The position numbers were made by a program, and so were the translations under genes. From Azonexus sp. (GTDB taxonomy: Bacteria; Pseudomonadota; Gammaproteobacteria; Burkholderiales; Rhodocyclaceae): 64,000 nucleotides of DNA. Location: positions 46,472 to 110,471 of the forward strand of contig NZ_JAVBXX010000003.1 of assembly GCF_030824335.1 (NCBI RefSeq), given 5' to 3'. Shown here in pieces: positions 1-10,200 of this stretch (positions are counted from its first letter, which is position 1; the number at the start of each line of letters is the position of its first letter). The notes under the pieces were generated by a model, which saw only the letters and a program-made list of their open reading frames with translations, ran no database searches and was not told the DNA's origin.

Positions 1-3000
1 CGACCCCCTCGCCGCGCGCATAGCCGTTGGCCGTCGCGGCAAAAGGCTTGCAACGACCATCCGGCGCCAGCATCCCGGCCTTGTTGAAGCCAACAAAGGC
101 TTCCGGCAAAAGCAGGGCATTGACGCCCCCCGCAATGGCAGCATCGCAATGACCACTGTGAATCGCCTCGACCGCCCGATGGATGGCAACCAGCGCACTT
201 GAGCAAGCCGTTTCCACGGCCAGGCTTGGACCATGGAAATTGAAATGAAAGCTGATCCGGTTGGGGCCAAGCGAAGGCGCCAGGCCGGTCATCGAATAGC
301 CCTCGACCCCCTGCCCGGCTGCAGCAGACAGACGGCCATAGCCGGTGTCGGCAATACCGATGAAAACGCCGGTACGCGAGCCGTACAGGCTGCGCGGCGC
401 ATGCCCGGCGCGCTCAAGCAGATGCCAGGCTTCGCTCAGCAATAACCGCTGCTGCGGGTCCATGGCCCGTGCTTCCGGCCCGGACAGTCCGAAGAAAGCG
501 GGATCGAACGCCGCCATGCCATCGATGAAACCGCCCCACTTGATCTGGGTCCGGTTCGGCTGTGTGGCCGGATCGCCCCACCATGCCTGCCAATCCCAGC
601 GCTCGGCGGGAATCTCGCTGATGCAATCGCGCCCGGCTTCAAGATTCGCCCAGAAAGCTTCCGGATCATCGGCCTTGGGAAAACGCGTCGTCAGGCTGAC
701 GATGGCGATGGGCTCCTGCCCTCGTCGCTGTTCCGCACCTTTGGCCCCCTCCTTACGCTCCCCTGTGGCTCGATACTGTTCCCCCACGTGCAGACTCGTT
801 GCCACTCGGGCCACAGCGGGCTCAACTTGCCATGGCATGATCGGCGCAACCAGTGCTTGTCCCTGCGAGGTCTCAGCCTGCGGTGACGGTGCAGCGGGGA
901 GAATACCCAGACGGCTGGCTAGCGCATCGCCATGCCCTTGAGCCAGGCCGTCGGCGAGTTGACCGAGGGTCGGATACTCGAAAAACAGTGTCGGGGTGAT
1001 TTCCAGGCCAAATTGGTCGTTGACCGCATTAGCGAACTGGGTGAAGCCAATCGAATCGAAACCGTACTCAGCCAGTTCGACATCGGCGTCGAGATCGACC
1101 TGGGCGACCTTGAGCAAACGACTGGCACAGTGCGTAAGGGCGGCCAGCAAGGGCGCGCGCAATGCTTCGGTGGAGACGGATGCCAGTCGGCCAATTGCCG
1201 ATACCGGAATACTGGCGGAAGCAGCGGCAGTATCAGAAGCAGGCAGCCCCTCCGGCTGATTTAACAAGGCAATCCGGCGCTGTAAACGGGTCTCGTCACC
1301 GGCCATCACCAGCAGGCGAACCGGCTGATCAGTCGTTGTGACGGAGAGCACGGCGGCCAGGGCATTCAGGGCGGCAGCGGAGGACAAAGGCGTCAGCCCC
1401 GTGGTTTGCCGCATCAAACGCAGCATTTCCGGCGCCATGTTCATCCCGCCGTCCTGCCACAACGGCCAGGCGATGGCTAGCGTACGTCCCTGGCACACCC
1501 CCTGAATCCTGCGCTGTTCGCGGCGCTCGGCGAAATCGTCGAGGAAAGCATTGGCTGCGGCATAATCGGCCTGACCCGGATTGCCGAAAACACCAGCCAG
1601 AGAACTGAACAAGACAAGAAAATCCAGTTCACGGTCGCCCAACGCACGATCCAGATGGATGGTCCCGCTCACCTTGGGCGCCAGAACCCGGGCCATGCTC
1701 GCCAGATCTTTCTCGGCCAGTGCCTGATCGGCGCAGAGACCGGCACAGTGAAAAACGCCATGCAGACGCCCGCAAGTCTGATGAATCGCCTCGATCAAGC
1801 CTTGCACCGCCAGCGCATCAGCCATATCCACCGCACGATAGCTGACCGCCGCCCCGTTCGCCTGCAGGTCGGCCAGCCAGTCACCACCCGGCTGAGGCGA
1901 ACGTCCCGTCAGAACAATGTTGGCAGCGGGTGCCTGGGCGAGGATGTCGCACACCAGCAAACGCCCGATGGCGCCAGCGCCGCCGGTAATCAGATAAACG
2001 CCATCAGCGCGCCATGAACGGGGAACCGTCTCGCTCTCGCTCAGATTGCGCAGAGTTTTCCAGTGAGTCTGCCACTGAACTGGCTGCAGGCCGGCCGATG
2101 TCTGACGCACGAGCGCTTGCTCGGGAATCGCACTGGCGGCATGCAGCGCCGGCAGCAACTCGCCATCGTCAACCACAACGACCTGGCCGCACAACCGGGG
2201 ATATTCGAGCCGGGCGGTTTTCAGGAGTCCGGACAAGCCGACTAAAGACGCCGCGGCAGGCCCGTCCAGAACAAGTTGCAAAAAGACCGGAAGCGCTGGT
2301 CGCACAGCCTCGCCAAGCAAAGCCTGCACGTGGTGCAACATTAGTCCGGCAGCCAGGGAAAAATCATCGGCCGAACCACTCGTCACGCCATCGAGAATCA
2401 CGCACTCATGGCCCGGCAAAGCTGCCACCAGGGCATTCAGCCGCTGTGCCGAAGCACCGGCCAGAAGTACCAGACGACGAGCAAAGGACGGCACGGTGAG
2501 GTTTTCTGCGACACCAGGCCTGACACTCGGCTGGGCAATTGGCGTCCAGGTCGCGGCAAACAGCAGATTAGCGGCGGCCGGCGCAGCATCAGACGGCGCC
2601 AGCAGGCGGGTACAAAAACCACTCAGGCTGACCCGCAGATTCCCCGACGCATCGAGCAGGTCAAGATCAAGCGTGCGCACAGTGCTGCTTTCCGCTGCCT
2701 CACCAGCGCGAACGCGAACCCACATCCGGGAAGTACAGGGAGCATGGATTTCAACCCGGTCAAGGGCAAACGGCAGGGCTGTTTTCTGGCTATCCCCTGC
2801 CTTTTCCTTGTCTCCCAGCGCCATGCCGATGGTGGCCTGGAAGGCCGCATCAAGCAGACTTGGGTGCAGGACGAATGCCGGCAAGTCGGCCAGCAAGCCA
2901 TCCGGCAACGACAACTCACCCAGCACCTGCGGCCGCCCTTGAGCATCACGGCCCAAGGCCAGTGAATGTAGCGCCCGGTGGGCCGGGCCGTAATCGATAC

Positions 3001-5878
3001 CGATGGCGGCGAAGGCACGATAAACCTCATCCTGCCCCAGCACTTGCGGATGAGCGGCGCGCAAATCCGCCAAGCTGAGCGCTGGCGCCTTGTCCATCGC
3101 TTCTGATTCGGCCGTCGACGCCGAAACAGACTCGCGGGCGGCCAAGCGGGCCTGGGCATGGACTTGCCGCTGCCCGGCGGCATCGCGACTGGCAATTTCG
3201 ACCCGTGGCCAACCGCTGGCATCGACGCTCAGTCCGATATCCAGGGTCAACGGCGCCGTCACCCGTAGAGGCTGTTGCCAGATCAACTGGCGAATGCAGA
3301 AATTTTTCAATCCACGGGCCTCGGCCACACGCTGGACGATTTCAAGGTAGGCCACACCAGGCAGGACCGGCACGCCATGCACACGATGATCAGCCAGGAA
3401 AAACTCCTGCCCTGTCAAATCCAGGCTGAAACCGCCGTCGTCCCGCGCGCGCGGCGTCAAGCCGCTCTGCCGGATGAGCGGTTCAGCAGCCGGCAACCAG
3501 TAGCGCTGACGCTGGAAGGGATAGGTTGGCAGGGCAAGACGGCGTGGTGTCTCACTTCCCCAGGCCGCCGCCCAATCGACTTGGGCACCACTCACCCAGC
3601 GTGCCGCCAGTTCATTGACTGGCAGCTTGGCTGGGACGATCAGTTCGCGACCGGCGACATTGTCCCGGGGCACCTGGCCAACACACCAGGCCCCCGCCTC
3701 CCCGCGCAAAAACGCGGCCAGGCCATCAGCCAACCCGGCACCGTCACCGGCTGTGCAGGCCAGGCGGTAGCGCATGGCATCGCGCCCGATCTGCAGGGTA
3801 TACGCCAGACCGGCAAACAGTTCAGCCGACAAGGGTGGCCGGGCGGTCAGCCAGGCGTGCAACGCCTCGGCAGCCGCACGCAGCGCAGTCTCGCTCCGGG
3901 CCGACAGCGGCAGCACGACGGCACCGGCAAGCCGTGGTGCCGGACGCGCCGGAGTCTGGTATTCCTCAAGCACCAGATGGGCGTTGGCCCCACCCGCACC
4001 GAAGGAACTGATGGCCGCCCGCCGAGGCTGTTCGCAGCCATCAATCACCGGACGCTGCCAGGCTTGTCCGGTACTGGCCAGTTGAAACGGACTACCCGCC
4101 AGTTCGAGCAAGGGATTGGGATCGGCACAATGCAGGCTGCGGTAGCAAAGGCCATCTTGCATGGCCAGGACGAGCTTGATCAACCCGGCCACCCCGGCGG
4201 CCGTTTCGGTATGGCCGATGTTGGATTTCACCGAACCGAGCACGCAATGCGGCGCACCGGGGGGCGGCAAGCCACGCTCCCGATAGAGTTCGGCAAAAGC
4301 GGTTTTCAGCCCCGCCAGTTCGATCGGGTCGCCGAGCCGGGTGCCGGTGCCATGACATTCGATCTGGGTCACGCTGCGCGGATCGATTGCGGCCTGACGA
4401 TGCGCTTCGACGATCAGTCGGGCCTGCGCGGCGGGATTCGGTGCGGTCAGCGAACTGGCTGCGCCGCCGTGATTTTCGGCCGATCCCCGGATCACTGCCA
4501 GGATCTGATCGCCATCGCGTTCGGCCAGATCCAGACGTTTGAGCAGGACAGCCCCCACGCCCTCACTCCGAGCATAACCATTGGCAGCGGCAGAAAAGGT
4601 CTTGCAACGGCCATCCGGACTGAGCATGCCGACCTTGGCGAACATCAAATGCTGGGTCGGCGAAAGCATCAGGTTGGCACCACCGGCGATGGCCATCTCG
4701 CAGCCTTCGTGGCGGATACTCATGATCGCCCGGTGTACGGCAACCAGCGAACTGGAACAGGCCGTATCGATGACCTCGCTTGGTCCCTGAACATCAAGCA
4801 GGAAGGACAGTCGATTGGGGCAGAAAACATGGCCCAGCCCGGTCATCTGCATGGCTTCCATCAGCCCTTGGGCATTGGCCAGTCCGACGTAGTCGAGCAG
4901 GTTGATTCCCAGGAAGATGCCAAGCTTTCGACCTGCCAGCGCAGTCGGTGCATAACCGGCACTTTCGACAAGCTGCCAGACGCACTCGATGAACAGCCGA
5001 TGCTGAGGGTCCATCAACTCGGCTTCCTTCGGCGAAATATTGAAGAAGCCTGCATCAAACTGGTCATGACCGTCGACAAAGCCGCCGTATTTCACATTGC
5101 AGAAAGCCCCCTTGTTCGGATCGCCCCAAATGGACCGCCAGTCCCAGCGTTCCGGCGGAATTTCAACGATGCAGTCATCGCCCTGTTGCAGATGGCGGCG
5201 AAAGGCTTCGAGGTCAGGACTACCGGGAAATTTCCCGGCCATGCCGATGATGGCTACCGGCTCGGCCGGCCCCGGCAGGGGTGGCGCTGAAGCCACCGGG
5301 GCCGTTGGGCTCAAGGCCGCAGCCGCCGGCTTGACCCGGCGGACACCGTATCCGGCCAGCCAGCCGTCAATCGCCGGCGCCTGGCTAGCTGCCTTCGCCA
5401 CAGCAAGGCTGGCCTGCGCCGCGGTACGTGGGGCGGCGACGGGCTTAACGGGCTCCGCCGACCCGGCGTAATGCCGGGCGATGGCGGCACCATGCCGAGT
5501 GCGCAGGATGGTGCACAGCTCATCCAGATGCTTGGCTTCGAAAAACGTCGTGGGGGCAATGGAAACGCCAAGAAAGCGCGAGATCTGGGCCATCAGCTCT
5601 GTGATGGCAATCGAGTCGGCACCGTAGTTGGCCAGATTTTCCCCGGTATCAAAACGCTCGGCTGGCACGCCCAAGGCACGCAAGGCAAGGCGCGTGACGT
5701 CATCTTCCAGACGACGATCCAGCGACGCGGCGCCGGGCGCCTCGGTTGGCGGTGGATTTGCCGCATTTTTGGCGGTCGACCGCTGAACCCGGGCCAAACC
5801 GAGCAACTCCTGCTCAAGCAGATTGCGCATGCCATCGCGCAAGCCTGAAGCCTCTCCCGCCTTGTTATCAGCACCCAT
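1..5878 (-). CDS. trans-AT PKS subunit 2, 3'-truncated by window edge; domains ACP(~5500-5720)-KS(~3960-5263)-DH(~2540-3440)-KR(~1400-2500)-ACP(~930-1150)-KS(1-715, partial)
   Basis: Not in the ORF track, presumably because no stop is reached in the window. Hand translation from ATG 5878 gives ACP YGADSIAITELM, KS EPVAIIG..DTACSSS..ECHGTGT..SNIGH, DH DHRVHGVPVLPG and LHPSLLDAAFQ, KR LITGGAGAIG..GNPGQADYAAAN, ACP YGFDSIGF, and a second KS EPIAIVS..ETACSSA. No AT domain. No listed minus-strand ORF uses this frame, consistent with one open frame. Confidence 0.95.
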   Translation of the reverse strand, partial: MGADNKAGEASGLRDGMRNLLEQELLGLARVQRSTAKNAANPPPTEAPGAASLDRRLEDDVTRLALRALGVPAERFDTGENLANYGADSIAITELMAQISRFLGVSIAPTTFFEAKHLDELCTILRTRHGAAIARHYAGSAEPVKPVAAPRTAAQASLAVAKAASQAPAIDGWLAGYGVRRVKPAAAALSPTAPVASAPPLPGPAEPVAIIGMAGKFPGSPDLEAFRRHLQQGDDCIVEIPPERWDWRSIWGDPNKGAFCNVKYGGFVDGHDQFDAGFFNISPKEAELMDPQHRLFIECVWQLVESAGYAPTALAGRKLGIFLGINLLDYVGLANAQGLMEAMQMTGLGHVFCPNRLSFLLDVQGPSEVIDTACSSSLVAVHRAIMSIRHEGCEMAIAGGANLMLSPTQHLMFAKVGMLSPDGRCKTFSAAANGYARSEGVGAVLLKRLDLAERDGDQILAVIRGSAENHGGAASSLTAPNPAAQARLIVEAHRQAAIDPRSVTQIECHGTGTRLGDPIELAGLKTAFAELYRERGLPPPGAPHCVLGSVKSNIGHTETAAGVAGLIKLVLAMQDGLCYRSLHCADPNPLLELAGSPFQLASTGQAWQRPVIDGCEQPRRAAISSFGAGGANAHLVLEEYQTPARPAPRLAGAVVLPLSARSETALRAAAEALHAWLTARPPLSAELFAGLAYTLQIGRDAMRYRLACTAGDGAGLADGLAAFLRGEAGAWCVGQVPRDNVAGRELIVPAKLPVNELAARWVSGAQVDWAAAWGSETPRRLALPTYPFQRQRYWLPAAEPLIRQSGLTPRARDDGGFSLDLTGQEFFLADHRVHGVPVLPGVAYLEIVQRVAEARGLKNFCIRQLIWQQPLRVTAPLTLDIGLSVDASGWPRVEIASRDAAGQRQVHAQARLAARESVSASTAESEAMDKAPALSLADLRAAHPQVLGQDEVYRAFAAIGIDYGPAHRALHSLALGRDAQGRPQVLGELSLPDGLLADLPAFVLHPSLLDAAFQATIGMALGDKEKAGDSQKTALPFALDRVEIHAPCTSRMWVRVRAGEAAESSTVRTLDLDLLDASGNLRVSLSGFCTRLLAPSDAAPAAANLLFAATWTPIAQPSVRPGVAENLTVPSFARRLVLLAGASAQRLNALVAALPGHECVILDGVTSGSADDFSLAAGLMLHHVQALLGEAVRPALPVFLQLVLDGPAAASLVGLSGLLKTARLEYPRLCGQVVVVDDGELLPALHAASAIPEQALVRQTSAGLQPVQWQTHWKTLRNLSESETVPRSWRADGVYLITGGAGAIGRLLVCDILAQAPAANIVLTGRSPQPGGDWLADLQANGAAVSYRAVDMADALAVQGLIEAIHQTCGRLHGVFHCAGLCADQALAEKDLASMARVLAPKVSGTIHLDRALGDRELDFLVLFSSLAGVFGNPGQADYAAANAFLDDFAERREQRRIQGVCQGRTLAIAWPLWQDGGMNMAPEMLRLMRQTTGLTPLSSAAALNALAAVLSVTTTDQPVRLLVMAGDETRLQRRIALLNQPEGLPASDTAAASASIPVSAIGRLASVSTEALRAPLLAALTHCASRLLKVAQVDLDADVELAEYGFDSIGFTQFANAVNDQFGLEITPTLFFEYPTLGQLADGLAQGHGDALASRLGILPAAPSPQAETSQGQALVAPIMPWQVEPAVARVATSLHVGEQYRATGERKEGAKGAEQRRGQEPIAIVSLTTRFPKADDPEAFWANLEAGRDCISEIPAERWDWQAWWGDPATQPNRTQIKWGGFIDGMAAFDPAFFGLSGPEARAMDPQQRLLLSEAWHLLERAGHAPRSLYGSRTGVFIGIADTGYGRLSAAAGQGVEGYSMTGLAPSLGPNRISFHFNFHGPSLAVETACSSALVAIHRAVEAIHSGHCDAAIAGGVNALLLPEAFVGFNKAGMLAPDGRCKPFAATANGYARGEGV

Positions 5879-5905
5879 CACCGTACCCCGCCTTTATACA
5901 AACGA

Positions 5906-7225
5906 CTACTGTTCCAACATGTTTCGATATTTGCGCATCTCGGCCAGCAACTTCCAGAGATCTGCTTCCCACTGGTGGCGATAGGATTTAACGAAATACG
6001 CCTGGCCAAGATCCGGCTGATCGTGGCACTTGGCTTCGAGAAATGCCTGTAACCCAACGGTGCGTCCGGCCAATGCGCGCGCATAACTGCGCACGAAAGC
6101 GCCCTGGGTCTTCAGACCATCGCCCAGCCCGCCAGCTGCATTGATGAAGCCCATGAACAGCAAGTTATCGTGATTGCGCGGCACCGCGTGCAGAAACAGA
6201 TCCGGAATGCCCGAACGCCAATCGAGCAACGCCGGGTCGAGGAAGGACAAATCACGCTCGTAACCGGTCGCGTAGAGCACCAGATCGAACTCGGCTGAAC
6301 TGCCATCCTGGAAGATCACCTGCTGACCGGCAAAACGACTGACATCCCCCTTGGGTACGATATCGCCGTGGCCGATGTAATACAGCAATTGGGAATTCAT
6401 CACCGGATGCGCCCCATCCAGCGGATAGTCAGGCTGCGGCAAGCCGTAGTCGGTACCGTCGTAGCCGGCCAGCTTGAAGACCTGCTCGATGTAAGCCAGC
6501 GTATCTTCCTTGCTGCCGAAACGACTACCCAGTTCCATCATCCACTGGGGCGTCGCCTTGCCGGCGATGAATTTTGGCTGATAGTAGTAGCCCCGCCGGG
6601 TACTGTGACAAACCGCGCTGGCGTGATGCACCGCATCGACGGCCAGGTCGCAACCCGTATTGCCCCCCCCGATCACCAGCACCCGCTTGCCGCGCAATTG
6701 ATCCGGCGACTTGTAATCGACCGCGTGCAGGACTTCCCCGGCAAACTGCCCGCCGTAGGGCTGCTCCGGATAATGCGGTTTGTTCTGCAGGCCATTGCAA
6801 ACTACCACCAGGGGGTAGTGGGCGCTGCTGTTGCCTCCTTCACTGCGCCAATGCAAGCGCCAGCCGTCGCCATCAGGCACCAGGCGATCAATCCGGGTAT
6901 TGAAACGGGCATGCTCGTAGACGCCGAAGGTCCGGGCATAGTTGCGGATGTAATCCAGCATTTGCCGATGATTGGGATAGACCGGGAAGTCCTCGGGCAT
7001 CGGGAAGTCCTGGACCTGTGTATTGAACTTGGGCGATATCAGGTGCAACGAAGGATAGGTTCGGCCACAGGCGGCCGTCCCGTGCCAGACACCGCCAAAA
7101 TCGTCGGCGGCTTCGTAGAGATCAAAATCGATGCCGCCATCGGCCAGTTCCCGGGCGATGCCAATACCCGTTGGGCCGCCGCCGATGATGGCGACCTTGA
7201 AACCTGCATTTGAATCCATTGTCAT
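5906..7225 (-). CDS. Flavin-dependent monooxygenase, PedG/OocK-like oxygen-inserting (Baeyer-Villiger) type
   Basis: Two Rossmann motifs (IIGGGPTG, VIGGGNTG), FMO fingerprint FAGEVLHAVDYK (FxGxxxHxxxYK), and the segment YPSLHLISPKFNTQ that I recall from trans-AT PKS-associated monooxygenases. Lies between two PKS genes; its ATG overlaps the upstream PKS stop (TAATG). Confidence 0.88.
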   Translation of the reverse strand: MTMDSNAGFKVAIIGGGPTGIGIARELADGGIDFDLYEAADDFGGVWHGTAACGRTYPSLHLISPKFNTQVQDFPMPEDFPVYPNHRQMLDYIRNYARTFGVYEHARFNTRIDRLVPDGDGWRLHWRSEGGNSSAHYPLVVVCNGLQNKPHYPEQPYGGQFAGEVLHAVDYKSPDQLRGKRVLVIGGGNTGCDLAVDAVHHASAVCHSTRRGYYYQPKFIAGKATPQWMMELGSRFGSKEDTLAYIEQVFKLAGYDGTDYGLPQPDYPLDGAHPVMNSQLLYYIGHGDIVPKGDVSRFAGQQVIFQDGSSAEFDLVLYATGYERDLSFLDPALLDWRSGIPDLFLHAVPRNHDNLLFMGFINAAGGLGDGLKTQGAFVRSYARALAGRTVGLQAFLEAKCHDQPDLGQAYFVKSYRHQWEADLWKLLAEMRKYRNMLEQ

Positions 7226-10200
7226 TATCCTGCCTCCCCTTCGAAATGCAATTCGGCCAGCGCGTCAAGTTGCTCGCTCACCACCCCTTCCAGGCACAGG
7301 CAAGGTTTGCCTGCCTGATCGATCAACAGCACGGTCAGTGCCGGGCTATGTGCCACCGGTTGCCAGACCCGGATCGTTCCCTCATCCGGCACACCGCCAT
7401 CAAAGCGCAGGGACGCCACGGCCAGCGGGAAACGCGGCCCCGGCAGACCGGCTTGTTGCTCGAAGAAGGCAATGAGCTGCCACACCGCATCGAGCGCCAA
7501 GGGATCAAATGCCATCGTGGCATCGCCAGGCGGCCGGCTCCACTCTGCCTGCAACCCCTCGCCTGACCGAGCCACGGCGAGAATACCGCGCGCCGCCGGC
7601 CGTGCCAGGCGGAAATCGGCCAACGCATCCAATAACGGCGCGTCAGCCGGCAGCGTCGGCCAGGTATCAGCCATATCGTCAGCCCAGAGCAACTCACCAA
7701 CCTGACAGGCCAGGTTTTCATCGCCCTCAACAGCAATGCGGTAATTCGCCACCGCCTCCGTCAGTTGAACGGTCACCGCCAATTCGTATGGCCTGGCCGC
7801 GATCGACAGCGGCCGCCCCCAAACCAGATGACGCAAACCGCGCACCGTCCGCTTATCTGCCAGTTCGCCAGCAGCCCGCGCCAGTTCGGGATAGAACAAG
7901 CCCGACAGCAGCTTGTCACCGCCAACGCGCTGCAGGCTCAAGCAGGCTTCGTCGCCACGCAGGGTGCACCGGAAATAGACATCGCCGGCTGCGCCGCGCA
8001 CGACAAGAGAAGGCTTCGTTGCCCGACTACTGTCGGGTGCCGCATCAAGCGGTTTAAGCCAGTGTCGTTCCGCGGCAAACGGATAGCCCGGCAGGCGTAA
8101 ACGACGACGCCCGACTGTACCGGCCAGTTGTCGCCAGTCAATGACAGCCCCCTGTAACCAAACCTCGGCCAGGCGTTCAAGACGACCGGCAGCCAGCCAT
8201 TTCCCAAGCAACGCCTGGACATCGCCATCGTCGTCGAAAAGCAGGCGTGCGCCTTGGCTGTTGCCACTCGTCAACAGGCCTGCAACTGACTGACCGGCAG
8301 CCAGTGCGCGCAACTGGCCGAGTAGCTCAGCACGGCTGGAGAACAGGCTGGCGGCCCGGCACTCGAACGCCCGACGGCCACGTTGCAAGGTCCAGCACAG
8401 GTCGGCCAGATTCAATTCGGGTTGCGCTTCGAGAGCACCGAGCAACCCAGCAGCCAAAGCGGCCAGTTGGGCGCGGCTGCGGGCAGAAAGAAGACAAAGC
8501 AACGGTCCGGGCGCTGCCGCCCCGCTCGTCGCTGGCGCTACCGGCCGGTACTCCTCCAGAACGAGGTGGGCATTGGTGCCGCTGAAGCCAAACGCACTGA
8601 CCGCCGCCCGCCGTGGCACGCCAGCCATTGCTGGCCAGGGCGCGCGCACGGTCTGAACGTGGAACGGTGACCCGGCCAAGGCCAGATGTTCGTTCTGGCG
8701 TTCGAAATGAATGCTCGGCGGCAATTCGCCATGTTCAAGTGCCAGCATGGCCTTGATCGCCCCGGCCACGCCGGCCGCCGCCAGCAAGTGGCCGACATTG
8801 CTCTTCACCGAGCCGATGGCCACCGACATTCCCGCGTCGAACGGGCCGAAACCGGCACGCAGCCCCTCGATTTCGATCGGATCACCCAATGGGGTGCCGG
8901 TACCGTGGGTTTCGATCAGGCCAATGCTGGCCGGCGCAATCGCGAAACGGCGATAGACCTGGCTGAGCAGTGCCCCCTGGGCCAGTGGATTGGGCGCAGT
9001 AATGCCGTTGGTGTGACCATCCTGATTGCTGCCCCAACCCCGGATAACGGCCCGGATCGGGTCGCCATCGCGCTCGGCATCGGCCAGGCGTTTGAGCAGC
9101 ACGACCCCGACCCCTTCGCCCGGCACAAAGCCGTTGGCGCGCTGATCGAAACTGTAGCAACGGCCATCCGGCGAGAGCATGCCAACCTTGCTGGTATCGA
9201 TGTGCATGCGCGGCCCGAGCAGGACACACGCCCCACCAGCCAGCGCCAGATCGGTATTGCCGAGGAGCAAACTGTCGCAGGCCTGAGCGATAGCGACCAG
9301 GGAAGTCGAGCAGGCCGTATCGAGCGCCACGCAGGGGCCGCGCAGATCAAGCAGATAAGCAATGCGTGCGGCGAGAATGGAGCCCGCACTACCGATCAGG
9401 CTGTAAGCGTTGGTCTCATGGATCAACTCGCCATAACCGCTATTGCCGCTACCGACGAAAACCCCGCAGCGACTGCCAGCAAGGTCGGCCGGATCAATCG
9501 CCGCATCTTCGATGGCCTGCCATGCGTGTTGCAGAAAGAGGCGTTGCTGGGGATCCATCAATTCCGCCTCGCGGGCGGTGATATTGAAGAATGGCGCGTC
9601 AAACAGATCGATATCGTCAATGACCCCCATCCACTTGCTGTACGACTTGCCCGGCACTTGGGGATCGGGGTCGTAATAGGCCGCAACATCCCAACGACTG
9701 AGAGGAACCTCGTCGATACAGTCGCGGCCATCACGAATATTGCTCCAGAAGGCAGCAAGATCGGCGGCCTTGGGAAAACGGCCAGCGGCACCGATGATGG
9801 CAATCGGCTCGATTGCCGCGGACCTGGTGCCGGATTTAGTGCTGAATTCGGCCCCGGATTCACCCCTGGATTCAGCCATGCTCCGAACAGCGCAGAGCGA
9901 TGGCGGAGATGAGCGAGGCAAGACCGGCAACACAGGCTCGTGCGTCACCGGTGGCCGAACCTCCGGCGCAGCAGTTGGCCCGGTGAGCGCTGCCGGAGCA
10001 GTGGGTAGCAAACGCAGCACTTCCTGCAACAAGGCCCCTACCGTGGGCTGGGCATAAACGCAGGTCGCCGGCAAGGTGATGTCCAAACGGGCGTTCAGCT
10101 TGCGAATCCAGGTCACCGCCAGGATGGAATCCAGGCCGAGTTCGAGGAAACCGGCACTATCGTCGATATCTTCTGCCGCCATCAGCAACTCTTCGGCCAG

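Noticed and set aside
1-5878. Apparent gene-free gap or pseudogene in the ORF track on the minus strand
   Set aside because: Hand translation at several points shows one consistent PKS frame; it is absent from the track only because the stop lies beyond the window.
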